In this document: positions 24,269-46,761 of the stretch, piece after piece
Layout of the letters: each line of letters opens with the position of its first letter
How positions within the stretch are numbered: position 1 is the stretch's first letter
Translations under genes and position numbers: made by a program
Notes under the pieces: model-generated
What the model saw: only the letters and a program-made list of their open reading frames with translations
The model's database searches: none
Told to the model about the DNA's origin: nothing
From: Oopsacas minuta
Lineage: Eukaryota > Animalia > Porifera
Reading direction: 5' to 3'
DNA length: 64,000 nt
NCBI GenBank assembly: GCA_024704765.1
Contig: JAKMXF010000111.1
Span: 1,862,058-1,926,057 of the forward strand

Positions 24269-25813
24269 TTATATTAGTTTACAATATACGCGTCGTTTCC
24301 GAATAGCATGAGATTTATTTGCAATAGCCACTCTCATTACTTCTTCAAATACTTGTGTAACTCCTATCTGTGTCAGAGCAGAACATTCAATATATCTAAC
24401 AGCTCCAATATCTCTCATCATCTCCAGACCCTGTGAGTAACTGATAGGAGCAAATTTCTTATCTTTCAATTTAATAAGAGAGATTGATTCTTCATCATCT
24501 CTCAAGTCTAGCTTAGTCCCGACAAGGATTTTAGGAGTGTTGGGATTAAAGTGTGTAACAGCAGGACTCCACTTTTCTTTAACATTCTCAAAAGAGTATG
24601 GATCAATCAGCGAGAAAGAAATCAAGAAGACATCTGTCAGTCTGTAAGATAACATTCTCAAGCGATAATATTCATAATTATCTTGAAATAAGTAAATTAA
24701 AAATAAGCAATTCATTAAATCTTATTATAATAATAATATTATTAAATCTCAAAGTTACATTTGTATGTACAGACAAATCACAAATTATGTGTTGAATGTA
24801 ATAAATCTATGAACAAGTTCAGCGATATCCCAATAAATATCTGAGATAGGTGTCAAAGTGTTTTGAACTATCAGACTTAAGTGTTTATCAATTGTTTATT
24901 ATCTTGCACTATCAGACTTTAGCACGGTTGCCGACTTGCCGTGGGAACGGATTGGAATTCCCATATTCACACAGGATCTCTATGGGAATTCCAATAGGAT
25001 TTCCCACGTAAAAATTCCTACAGTTTCCCATGAGATCCCAATTCCCACGACAACCCGATTTGATTGGAGTGGAAACGGGATTTCAATCCTATTCCCATTC
25101 CATATCAATCCCACAGGAAATGCTATGGGAATTCCTAATTGCCATTCCCACGGCACCCCTGGGTTTTAGGCACTTACGTAGCGTAGGTACATTGGAATCC
25201 ATTAATTAGCCAATAGTTCATGTGATAATGTTTATTTTAATGAATTTGTCTAATAAGTAGCCAAGGTAACTAAAATGTATATAAAATATTACTAATTAGT
25301 ATTAATAAGAATTGAAGACCAATATGCACTCAAAAGGTGCCTTATATGGACACAAAGTATTTGCTGGCAGCGCAAGTAAACGAAGCTTGCTTCTTTACTT
25401 TAACTTACCAGCAGTGTCCCATAAAGAAATCCTTAAAGTAACACCATCAATTTCTCTATCCATAGGACTCTCATCAAATCTAAGGAGATTGCGAGTAAAA
25501 CAGTTTTAATAACTCAGAGAATACTTACACTGTGGGTATGTAATGTGATGGGAATTGCTTTGAGGTATATGTGATGCATAGAGAGGTCTTACCAACATCG
25601 CTATAAAAATATATAATTATTAAATACTCTAAGACGAAACTAGAAAGTATTATGAATATATGAGAACCGTTGTTACAGAATTTTCTTATGATATATCCAG
25701 TATGTTATAATGTAATTATCAACCATTTCATTAAACAGCAACCATTAGGCTGACTACAATATTAAATTAGTTACTTGCCTGTTTCCAACTAAGCAACACT
25801 TAATAAATTCCAT
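24269..25813 (-). CDS. Rac/Cdc42-like Rho-family small GTPase, 4 exons (25813-25779, 25600-25529, 25479-25409, 24681-24269), 196 aa, atypical catalytic residues
   Basis: Spliced product [68 protein letters not shown]...GTKLDLR...ECSALTQ...[10 protein letters not shown]. The 35- and 72-nt first exons match Rac1 exon sizes; polybasic tract and CAAX present. Intron 1 has a GC donor. Confidence 0.9.
24936..25161. mobile_element. MITE remnant in Rho intron 3
   Basis: Inverted ends ttgccgtgggaacgg / ccattcccacggca and internal attccca repeats. Confidence 0.55.
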
Positions 25814-26838
25814 CAGATAAGAGGTAAAGTAGAAACAAAGGCTTTAAGTATATTAGGAGCTATTATGAACTGTCATATAGTAAGAATCTTGAAACAAGTG
25901 AAAATATTGAGGGCATGATGAAGAAACATTTTAGTAATTATACATACGGAGACCATAGACTACTATATCATACAGATAGGAAAGTAACCGGGCAACGAAT
26001 AGAAAGAGAGTCCAGTTTTATAAATCTCATAAAAGCAGTTGAAATATGAATCTAATTCGAATTTGAAATGTTTACTTCATGTACTTAAAAGTAAACAAAT
26101 ATTCACAATATGTTGTTTACAATATCATATTTGGACTCAGCATACTCGATTACCTCAGTATAACCATTGAAAGCATGTTTCTACCACAATATTGAAATGT
26201 GTTTACTTTATATCATGTAAACAACAATAAATTTACATATGAGAAACTTGAAAATGCGAAATTCGGGTTCAGCGTACAGTGTTACCCCTGTGTAGCCGTT
26301 TAGAGCAAACCTGTATAAATATTTTGGAGTTGGGCTAATTTGTTTACTATATATTCATAAAAACAACAATAAATTTACATATGATTAAAATTCAAATGTG
26401 TGAAAATCGGATTCCGCATATTCGATATACTTAGTCACGTTTTATTGAAATCTATTTACTTTCGAATTCATAATAGCATACCAGAAATCCTTTCCTTGAC
26501 AACGAACAGACAGACAGACAGACAATTGAGTGTAATCTCATTAACAGGAAATGAATTCTAAACAGCTAAGTGATACCATCTGAATCACATTTTGATAATT
26601 TAGGTTACTGTATCTCCTTGAATAAGCGCAGGGTTATTCTCAGAGGCGTAGTTAGCATTTCCCCTTTGGGGTTGCCCGACAATAAGTACACGTGTGCTTA
26701 TTCAGGAATATACAGTATATACAAATGAATGGTTATTACAGGTGGATAGTTGGTTTATAGCTTGTGAATGATACAATAATAGTGAATACGATATATTAAA
26801 AATTTAACACAGTGCTTTCTTTAAGTGCTTGTAGAAGA

Positions 26839-36775
<9,937 letters not shown>

Positions 36776-36890
36776 TTCTAAATTTAGAATTCCAAACAAA
36801 TAAATACAAAAACATCTATCATCCAAGCAGCTTCTACTCAGAGATATTAATCTTATTTTCGAAAGGAATAAGTTAGAACCGAATTAAGTA

Positions 36891-36990
36891 TGTGTATTAT
36901 TGTGTATTATTGTGTATTATTGTGTATTATTGTGTATTATTGTGTTTTATTGTGTATTATTGTGTATTATTGTGTTTTATTGTGTATTAT
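36891..36990. repeat. Minisatellite (TGTGTATTAT) x10
   Basis: Ten 10-bp units, two with the TGTGTTTTAT variant. Confidence 0.95.
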
Positions 36991-38063
36991 TAGGTCAGCT
37001 ATTATCAAATTTGATTTGTCTAGCATCTTTACCTTACAAATATTCATTGATTAAATTCCGATTTTAGATGAAAATCACGAATGGATATTATGAAAGTCAG
37101 ATACAGGGCTCTCAACTCTCACCATTTTGGGTCTACAAATACTGCAGAATTAAGGGTCTTTTCATAGAAAACTAATACTAAATTGCATATCTCAAGATAG
37201 AATCGTGAGATTTTTGACGAATCTTGAGATTTTTGAAACAATTTTGATGGTTTCCAGGTAGAGAGCCCTGCAGATAAGTTTTGCAAGTATTATTTGTGGC
37301 CGTTTAAATGTTACGTAACACAAATTTCCCTAAATATTGACACTCTTCCCTGTGTCACGCTTTTTCACCGTTTTGTAATAGAATTAGAATGAGGCTATCA
37401 CACTTCGCATACCACCCCTCACTTTGTAGCGTTAGGTAACTTTTGAATGGTCCATTTGTCTATTTGGAATATGTAGAATTATTTCTGAAACTTGCAATCC
37501 AGTTTGCGATTAAGCAATCTGTAAACACTGCTGCACATAAATCACACGTAGCATCAGATAGACAAATGTTATTATCGATTCTATGTGTATGTTACTTCAG
37601 ATGCCCAAACTCCTTCCCGTTACGTAACCGATGTTCCGTGGCTTAACCGGACGTCCCGATGGATAAACAGATGTCTAGTGACGTAACCGTAAGATGAAAA
37701 GTTTCTACATACGTGATATACAAGATCTTATTTTCATACATAGACGGCACATCATTTCAAAAAGTGGTAACGTACATTTAACTGGGCCTATCCCGTTGAC
37801 GCTCCTGCTCTTTAACAGGATCACCAACAACCCCACTCCCCTTCTGATCTCCTCCAAAGAGGATCTGGTTCTGGATCGAAAGATCCTAATACCATAGTTA
37901 CAAGAACATAAGGATACATAACCATGCTATATTTCACAATTGAGCATCCATATTTAAATTCTCGGATCAAGTCAATTGCCGTCCCGTCAGACTTCAAAAT
38001 GTAAGTGCAGGCATGCATGCAGGATAATAAAGAGAAAATATACAAACAACCAAAAGTAAACAA

Positions 38064-39812
38064 TCACTTCATCGGTTTTTGATGACTCTCAAACTTCTTG
38101 GGGTCATGTAGTTCAATAAAAGCTACTATCTTGTTAGTAAGAACGGTATAAGGAATGTTATTAGTCACAATACATTGTGCTGCTAATGTTAATAACTTGT
38201 ATGGTAATTGAGAAAAGTTAACCCAAATACTTTTCAATTGAGGGTCTTTAGAAATGATTTTAATAAATTCATTCGATTGTTTTATTCTAGTCTTTTTACG
38301 GATTGAGAAAGGTAGAACAGTAGGACATTTCACAACTTCATCTATAAAGCTGACATTAAATCTATTAACAGCTAACGGATAAGCCCCGTGCTTTAATAAC
38401 AGCATACAGGCTTGTATATCCAGTTTGTTGTAAGCGAAATGCAATACAGAGTTTCCGTTAGCTTCTTCTGCTCTGACATTACAATTAAAGTCGTTATCAA
38501 GTAAAAATGAAACTCCATTTTCATGATTAATCAAGGCATTTCCATTAGAGAGAATCATATGATAAATACTCAAGTTGAACTTAAGAGCAAACTCCTGTAG
38601 AAAATTAATGACCTTCTTAATGTGTATACTGAAATCTGGGTCAATATGTAACACAGAACTGTATTTTGTCCAGATTAATATTAGAAGGCCAATAGACCAA
38701 TAAAGCAGAGAGTCAAGAACCTCCTTTGTAGCTCCAAAATTAACAAAAGTAAATTTGGTAGCTACAAATACCAAAATGTACTCTGCGTAGTCAAGCAAAC
38801 AACTGAGCTGCAATTTTAGCTCAATGCAGCTTATGTAACGTGAAAAATTCAAATGGACGTATTTAGTCAATACTAAATGTTTCTTAGCAGAAACCCAATT
38901 AAAATCTTTCCTATTTACTAACGGTGGGATACTCTCTATGATAGCTTTAAATTTCAAATCCTCTCTTAGCTGTCCAAACCTTTGAGCATCAAGTAGCACA
39001 AATAATGTTAAAATAGGGTTCGGGAATCCTATTGTAATATCCCAAATATACATTAGCAAATTGTTGGAGTCTATAATATTGATTACATCATTTACATTCT
39101 GAGGCTCAGTCTGTCTAATAAATGCAGCATTTCTAGAAGGAATTCCGTGTTTTACTTGAGTAGAAAGAACTCTTCGAATAGCTTTGGAAAGAATTTTATT
39201 CGAAGTGAAAGTAAGATCAGTATTTAGAGAGGTAAGCTGATAATCTATAGCAACTTCAGGTGATACACTTGTAGACTGTAAAAGTATGCGAGACTTTGAA
39301 TTACTTCTCAAAATATTAGCTACACATATTGGATTGAAACCAAATTTCTCTTTCAGACTAAGATCTGGTTCTTTATGTAAATTACTAGGAATAATAGAGG
39401 TAACATTAAATTTGAGTTTGTTTCGATCTCTGGAAACTATCTGGAATCCTGAATAATGTGAAAAGAATTTGTCTTCTTTAAAGTTTTGAAACTCGACAAG
39501 ATTGTGGATATTTAACATTGATAAGTGTAAAGGAGTAAGTCCGTTATCTGATTGAGAATTAATATCAGAACCAGCGAGTAGTAAAAACTTTATGACATCA
39601 TCATCTTTAAATAACATTGCCCAGTGTATACACTGCATACCTTGATCATCTGAAATATTTATAAACTGTTCTACGTCTAGAGGATCCATCTTCCGAATTC
39701 TAACCTGAAAAAGTTGGTGAATTTCTTGATATTTCTTCAATGAGCAAGACATGACACAAACTAATCTATTATAACAAAGTTTAATAAGACAATATATCTC
39801 CGAAAATTTCAC
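38064..39812 (-). CDS. Intronless ankyrin-repeat protein with a FEM1-like C-terminal BC/VHL-box tail
   Basis: Ankyrin motifs GMQCIHWA...GLTPLHLS and GNSVLHFA...LLKHGA. The C-terminus LPYKLLTLAAQCIVTNNIPY...IVAFIELH resembles FEM1 tails. The true start may be a downstream Met. Confidence 0.75.
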   Translation of the reverse strand: MKFSEIYCLIKLCYNRLVCVMSCSLKKYQEIHQLFQVRIRKMDPLDVEQFINISDDQGMQCIHWAMLFKDDDVIKFLLLAGSDINSQSDNGLTPLHLSMLNIHNLVEFQNFKEDKFFSHYSGFQIVSRDRNKLKFNVTSIIPSNLHKEPDLSLKEKFGFNPICVANILRSNSKSRILLQSTSVSPEVAIDYQLTSLNTDLTFTSNKILSKAIRRVLSTQVKHGIPSRNAAFIRQTEPQNVNDVINIIDSNNLLMYIWDITIGFPNPILTLFVLLDAQRFGQLREDLKFKAIIESIPPLVNRKDFNWVSAKKHLVLTKYVHLNFSRYISCIELKLQLSCLLDYAEYILVFVATKFTFVNFGATKEVLDSLLYWSIGLLILIWTKYSSVLHIDPDFSIHIKKVINFLQEFALKFNLSIYHMILSNGNALINHENGVSFLLDNDFNCNVRAEEANGNSVLHFAYNKLDIQACMLLLKHGAYPLAVNRFNVSFIDEVVKCPTVLPFSIRKKTRIKQSNEFIKIISKDPQLKSIWVNFSQLPYKLLTLAAQCIVTNNIPYTVLTNKIVAFIELHDPKKFESHQKPMK

Positions 39813-40504
39813 ATATAAATCTCAACAAAACAAACGTTAGTGGAGTCTCCCAACAACGGACACATTGAGGATTAGATTTTGTCCGCTTCTCAGAGATTGA
39901 TTAAGTATTATTCACATGTATTATTAACTTATTTCGTTCCACGAGCTGTGTCCGTTGTAGAGGTGTTGTCCGCTTTCGGAGTGTCCGTTTTGGGAGACTC
40001 CACTGTATATACGTAAGAGATCTTTTGTATAGTTTTTATGTGGCTAAATATACAATTTCATAAAAATAAAATTTATACATAGACAGACCAAAGATGATCT
40101 GAAGTAGAGTAATTCAGGATATCGCAATTCTAAAAATAACTCTAAAAATCAGATACCCTGATATACAAGATCCTAGCCTATAACCAGATATACATAGCAA
40201 CTTTTCAGATAATAAACTTCGCTTTCACGATTATGCGACGAGAGTTTCTTTCGCACGAAGAAAAAAGAACCAGAGCAATCATATTTATGTAAATAAGGTA
40301 TGGAGGAATGAATTGTCAGTGTTTACTAGTTCCTTCCGTAGTCACTTTATAATTTAGTCGTCCACTGACTTCAGGTTAGAAACCACTCTACTAGCAGTGT
40401 GATACAGCTTTTCACAAGCGAAACAAAATTTCAAGAAAGTGTATTTAATTAGAACTAAACTAAGTGTTAGAGTTATGGAACTATCTATCACTATTCAACT
40501 CTAG

Positions 40505-41524
40505 CTATTTACGTCTCAGAGTATGAGAACTAAGAGTCTTTTTTCTGGTAACTAAATTATGTTGAATTGCAAACCTCTTCTTCTTCTTGTTCCCTCCTAT
40601 CTCCTCACTAGCTCTCTTCCTGCTCTTATCACTACAAGCCTTCTCATAAGCCCCAGCTCTATCCAGCACTGAGTACTTAGTTTCTAATGACGTAATAACA
40701 TCTTCTGAACTCTCATATTCATCTGATTCAGGATCAGCTACAGACTTTGGAAGAGGATTAATAGTCATAGTAGAGTCTCTATCAGAAGATATCCGTAAAG
40801 GAGGTGGGTTTGGTAGTCCACTGAATATAGGCAAAGCAAGTGACTTAAAGGATTTTACATATGCATTACGTAGATTGGACCAACCAGGTGGTATCTTTAC
40901 CATAAGGCTCTTTAGACACTGAATAACGTTTGCAGCTAATTGAGTACTTGTGAGTGTATCAAAACTACCAACAGCAATAGAGCTAGTGGAACCACTACTG
41001 ATATGAAATAGAATGGTAGAGAAAGCTTTGTCTATCTCAAGCCTGAGAGACATAGGTCTGAGGTGAATAGCTATAGGATTCTTATGTTTCTGTATGAAGA
41101 CCTTACCAAGGATTCTAGTCACATGGGGACAAGCCTTAGAATCTGTCAGGAACACATCGTATCGTGTTACAAGGGCTCTCCTAGCTTCAAACTGTCTGTA
41201 CTTTTTTATCAGTGACTTGATAGTCATCACTTTCTTGACACAGGTAATATTGTTATCTGCAATCAGCTGTTTGACTTTGTCTTTAGGGAAACATGTAAGG
41301 ATACAGACAGTGTGTGTTTGTTGGGAGTAGATGGGGTGAGGAAGACGGACACGAATCTGTTTCCTACATTTAGGAATTGTTTTGAATGTAATTCCTAAGT
41401 CTAAGTTATGAGAAGTTTTCATATCAAAAGGTTTCTGTGAAGAAGAGAATTTCTGGAAAAGAGCATCAGTTGCCTTCTGAATCAATTCCTCATTCAGAGC
41501 GTACTGTTGTCCATGTTTCTTCAT
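40505..41524 (-). CDS. RSL1D1: Ribosomal L1 domain-containing protein 1
   Basis: IRVRLPHP...VCILT...YRQFEARRALVTRYDVFLTD...LGKVFIQKHKNPI...WSNLRNAYVKSFKSLALPIF, with a basic C-tail. Confidence 0.9.
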   Translation of the reverse strand: MKKHGQQYALNEELIQKATDALFQKFSSSQKPFDMKTSHNLDLGITFKTIPKCRKQIRVRLPHPIYSQQTHTVCILTCFPKDKVKQLIADNNITCVKKVMTIKSLIKKYRQFEARRALVTRYDVFLTDSKACPHVTRILGKVFIQKHKNPIAIHLRPMSLRLEIDKAFSTILFHISSGSTSSIAVGSFDTLTSTQLAANVIQCLKSLMVKIPPGWSNLRNAYVKSFKSLALPIFSGLPNPPPLRISSDRDSTMTINPLPKSVADPESDEYESSEDVITSLETKYSVLDRAGAYEKACSDKSRKRASEEIGGNKKKKRFAIQHNLVTRKKTLSSHTLRRK

Positions 41525-42661
41525 TTCAGAAATTGCTAATAAACTACCGAGAGATATATTTCAATATCAGAATAGTGATTATTCGAAGGATAGTACACAG
41601 TAGTCTGTTACGAAAATGTTGGTCCCCTGGAAAATTGGTCGAGGGGGGAACCAAAATTTTCATGGAAAACTGGTCTACTTTGGAATTTTGGTCAACCTGG
41701 TTTTATGATTATAAAGTAGTAAATAAATAATTAGCATCGAATTGGTGGAAGATGAGCTTTGGGAGAGTCAATAGCTGATACAAGAGGTGTATCAGTACAT
41801 GTAAAGTTTCGAAAATTAACTAAATTTGAGAAAATCTCCATTTCAACAACTATACCAAGCTCTAAAACTCGCAATCAATCAATCAGGAGGAAGTCCTAGG
41901 CTATAACCCAAATGTGAAGTAATCGGGAATAAATATAAGTGAATATAGTTTACTAAATAGCCAGTTAGAATAACTAAGTAGAAAGCTAATTCCTAAATAC
42001 TTTGAGTATACTTATGTCGTAAACCTATTACTATAGAGGAATCACACCCAAGTTGTACCGATAATAATTGCGGCGGCTTTTCACTACATCACACAAGTAG
42101 TGACCAGAATACACCAAATTTTCATGGCATTTTGGATTTAGTATTAAAATTCCATGGAAAAATGGTCCGTACCCCTCTGTAGTACCAAATTGTAAGGGAA
42201 GCAATATTCCAGTGACTAGCCTTAGTTGGGAGGAGTTTAGAAGCTAATGGCCACTTTTTCGATATATTTCCCAGTATTACGTTATTGTATAGTACTTACT
42301 TAGTGTTGCAGCTAGTTCACAAAATTCAGACAGGAACCGGATCAATCTATATAATTTCAGGACAGGGCTGGACCGGACCGTCAACAAAGTTTTTCCCAGG
42401 ACCGACTCAACTAGATTCGGACTGAACTTAATATGTTAATCTGTTATCAAAAGTTGTGACGAAATAGAATCAGCAAATAATATATATGGAATACGAAATA
42501 TGAACAATTCATTGAATATGACATGCAATTATGAAGGACATGAATGAAATGATATAAACTATCAAGCTCGATCCAGTCAGAATGGGCTTGGAGCGGACCG
42601 AGAATCAGATCGGATCAGACCGGACCAGACCGATAAGTGACAAAGTCTTTGGAACCGTGAC

Positions 42662-43461
42662 CATAGGCGTAGGCAGTGGGGGGCAAGGGGGGGCATTTGC
42701 CCCCCCCCTAGCTGAGCTAGATAAATTAGGGAAAGAATTGAAAGTGACGAAATTGGTTTTGTTAACGAAGTACTGTCAACTCCGCTTAATCGGGACACAT
42801 CTGTTCCAGGCCTTTTGTCCCATTATACGGGAATTTGGTCCATTCACCTATACTTTGTTTGATTTTGCTCAGATCAAGTGGACTTTCTTTTTCATTGAGT
42901 CAATAATTTTCAGTCGATTACCAGAGTTTGTCCCGATTAACCGAAAATATTTAGTATTAACTTCAATGGAGATGATTCCGTTCCTGGAGATTTGTCCCAA
43001 TTAAGCGGATTTCCCGATTAACCGGTGTCCCAATTAAGTGGAGTTGACTGTACTTAAAGAATTCTCTTGCAAAAATAGAAGAACATTGTTGTGAATTCCC
43101 TTTATGAAGAAAAATAATCGATAGTTAGTGAGTAGCTCTATAGAATAAGGATAATTAACTAATCAATATCCAATTATGTTACTAGAGTTTACACATTCTA
43201 TATTAATTCTACTTTGTTTTTGTAAATATTATATGTTTGTTCAAGCGGCGTGACAGAAAACATGCGAAGGCGCACCAATTTGCAAATCAGACAGAAATTC
43301 CAGAGGACAAAGGTTTTGGTGACAGCACCATATTGTGATAAGTACTAATTATATAGTCAAATTTTTTTCTGGGGACCAAGCCCCCAGACCCCAAAAATGT
43401 TCGCTACGCTCGCAACTATTCAATTTGACCCCCCCTAGATTCTATACTGGCTACGCCCTTG
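42662..43461. mobile_element. Non-autonomous hAT-type insertion (800 bp)
   Basis: Perfect 8-bp TSD ACCGTGAC (42654-42661, 43462-43469) and TIRs cataggcgtag / ctacgcccttg. It interrupts an older ggaccg-rich repeat. Confidence 0.85.
42773..43050. mobile_element. TA-flanked Tc1/mariner-type MITE nested in the hAT insertion
   Basis: TIRs ctgtcaactccgcttaatcgggacac / gtgtcccaattaagtggagttgactg, with TA on both sides. Confidence 0.85.
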
Positions 43462-44639
43462 ACCGTGACCGGACTGGACTGCTCTCGGTGCATCCGGTTC
43501 GGACCGCTGCAATACTAATAGTACAACATCAAATAAATATTTAGTAAAAATTTTGCAATACTTCAAAACTATTTCTATGTTGTACAACCTTCTAACCCTT
43601 TCTCTCAAATTTCGCCAGATATTTGCTACCGAAACCAAATTCCCCCCCTCCCCCCTGTATAAGAGATTTTTCTCGCCAGAGCCAAATAAATATGAGATTA
43701 CGTCATAAATGGTTACACTATTGAGGAAAATTTCCCAAAGTATCTGTAGTGGAACACCGTTAACAACTTTTTGAGCCCAATTATCCATTTTCAAGTACAA
43801 TTAACTTCTGTGGATAATCAATTAAACCCTTTCGTGTACAAATTACGCTATTCTGGACAATTTAAAGGAATTTCCTGAGCAGAAACAGAAAACTGAGATA
43901 TCTTTCTAATAGTTTGACCGATTTCCTCAACTTAGGAACATAAAGCGTGGATAAATTACACGCATAGCATTCTATAAGGATATTTTGAGGTATATGGGGC
44001 GCACCTAGCGCCTACATACGCATAAATTTAACCTAATATATATATCTCTATGGTCTCTAGACGTACGAATATTTTGCTAATACTCTATTTTCGTAGTAGA
44101 AAATGTATAGTCTGGGCTATGAAAATAATTTGAATACAGTTTTAGGTGTATATGACCCTGAGAACCTGGATGAAACCCTGACTTAAGTACACCAACACTT
44201 ACTATCTAAACACAAATCAGCTATTTTCCAAGGGAATACAGCAACATAAATTCATACACAATACTCGCTTGACTGACGTCTGAACACACAAAGGTGGAGG
44301 GCTTTTAATAAATACATCGTCTTAATTGAAATAATACATTTAAAAATATTTATCCAATTAAAGCCACCACCGCAATTCGACCTAATGCAGCGCCTAAATG
44401 GACACATTGAAAAAGTAGAACTAACGTCGACAAAAGAAAATTATAACTAATGCCGCGTTCCCGATTATTTGAATACAATTTAATGGAATTGAACGACATC
44501 CATGCTCCAAAAATCGCACTAGTGAACAGGCCTTATTATATCGTAGGTCACGAATGAGATTATTCTGTAGTATAGTAGTAAAGCTAATTTACATTCTTCA
44601 ATTGTGGTTGCTTTTGAATTAAGTAGAATGCTTTCTCGT

Positions 44640-45050
44640 CAGTCCGGATTTAGGAGTGTTCGGAGTGTGCGGCCGAACAGGGCCCCCACATTTAGGAGGC
44701 CCCACAACTCAAGGTCATTAATTTTATACACACTGTAAGTCTACTTTAATCGCTATAAATCTTATACTAGAATCATTTAAGTTGTCCACATCAACTTCCT
44801 AGCTATTTCCATAATTAGAGGTCATGACAAGTCCTACCATACTGCCACTGGGCGAAATAGGCCTTCGGTTAGAGTGGTAATACTTATAGGGTTGATTTTA
44901 CTTGTGAAAAATTTGAATACACAAAAACACAAGCATTCTAATTTGAGGAATGGGGACAGGTGGGCGAACTGTGACGGCTTTGAATTGGCTTCAGTGAGCC
45001 CCGGGAATTGCCCTCGAACAAGGCCCCCCACATACCTAAATCTGGCACTG
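44640..45050. mobile_element. hAT MITE (411 bp)
   Basis: TIRs cagtccggatttagg / cctaaatctggcactg and a perfect TSD TTTCTCGT. Confidence 0.85.
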
Positions 45051-46761
45051 TTTCTCGTAAGTGTACTACAATATCCTTATACGTATTATATTATCACATA
45101 CACGTATATACATGTTACACATACAAAAATAGTATTTATCAAATTGATTGTGTTGCTCTATTAGCAAGTTTTTCTCATACAAAACCTGACTTGCTAAACA
45201 AGCTAACTCCACTGTATATGCCCTGTTTAGTGAATACAAATTTAGTCTAGTTATACATTAGTCATCTAAAGTCTTCTTGGATATCGTCTGGAAAACTCGT
45301 TGAAAAAATAATTGTGAAAAGTAGATAGCATTCTGTAAATATGATTCCAAAAGCTCTGCACTTATTAAGGAAATCGAATTATAAATAACTACAAATCCCC
45401 TTTGAAAACCAGTCATAAGGGGGGTGTTTGAACACCAAAATCCCCCTCGGATACGACACTGGCTCAGTGCCTCCACCCTTAGTGACCCCACGGGTTGCTG
45501 ATCTCATAGGAGGATAGGGAATGTATAGTTGTATACCCCTTCAAGATATAAATGTGGCCTTCTACAATCAGAATTATTCCCAACTTTTCACAACATCTAT
45601 AAGTTATTGTGTTATCGCGGCCACACACAACCTTGGTAGACTTTTCCCTACACACAGGTGGCACTGGCACTTGGCCATGTTGTGCCACTTGTGCCAATTC
45701 TATCTACAATGCTTAGTTGTCCTTTCGTAGTTGATAAGTTTGATTAGTAATCAGACCCGTTGGAAGTAAGGGGGACGTGTCAATTATCGGGATTGCCTTG
45801 CTTCTTTATAAGTTTTGTCTACAAAACCCAACATTTCTCTTCATATCGTTTATAAGTATGTATATACACTGGAACCTTATTAATTGGAGCACTAACGGAC
45901 TGTCAAAATCTGTTCGCTTTCACCAGAAGATTACCAACTGAATATTTACACATATAGAGTAGATGCCGGATATAAGAACACCGGTTATACGAACCATAAC
46001 TCGATTTACCGAATCTTTTGGGTCTTACTCCATTGAATTTTATCGGATATAAGAACATTATGTTCAGTTCCCGACGATGTTCTTATAACCGGCATTGAGT
46101 GTACAAAGTTATGTTAGAACTGAGCCACTATACAAGTAATAGTAATCAACACAGTAAATGAATTGAAATATGATAGTGAAAGTATTATTGTATAACCACA
46201 TAGCTAAGATATAGTCTGTAGATGATATGATAGTGTATAGAATATATTTGATAATTCACACAATATATTATCAATCAACAACACAACAACATTTGAACAC
46301 TACAAGTCAACAACATATTTTTCGTGAGTTTGTTACCTTTTGATTGTTTGTAATTTGGTATTTAATTAACTACTTAATTAACATTTGATAATTTGATATT
46401 TATTACGTAAATACAAACTTAATGTATGTCAGTGTTTCTCAATCTGTGGTCATATAACCAAACTTACACACATTTGTTGTTAATTGAATATTACATCATT
46501 CTACTTACAAGTGCATATAGTAAGAATTTTCACACGTTTTGGTTATTAATCATATTTCAGTAATGAAACAATATTACATGCTACTTTATGCCACGAATAT
46601 TTTTCGGAATTTAATTAATCATATTGTCACACCTTTGGGGTATTCATGTTTCAAATACTATCATTCCTCTCCAGCGGATAATGAAATGACAGCGAGCTAG
46701 ACATTTTTTGTAATTTTCCCGAGAAACATACACACAAATATTTTGAATTTCTAGAATAGAA

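Noticed and set aside
37694-38063. Short ORFs between LRRC74 and the ankyrin gene
   Set aside because: No motif support and no clear start or splice partner.
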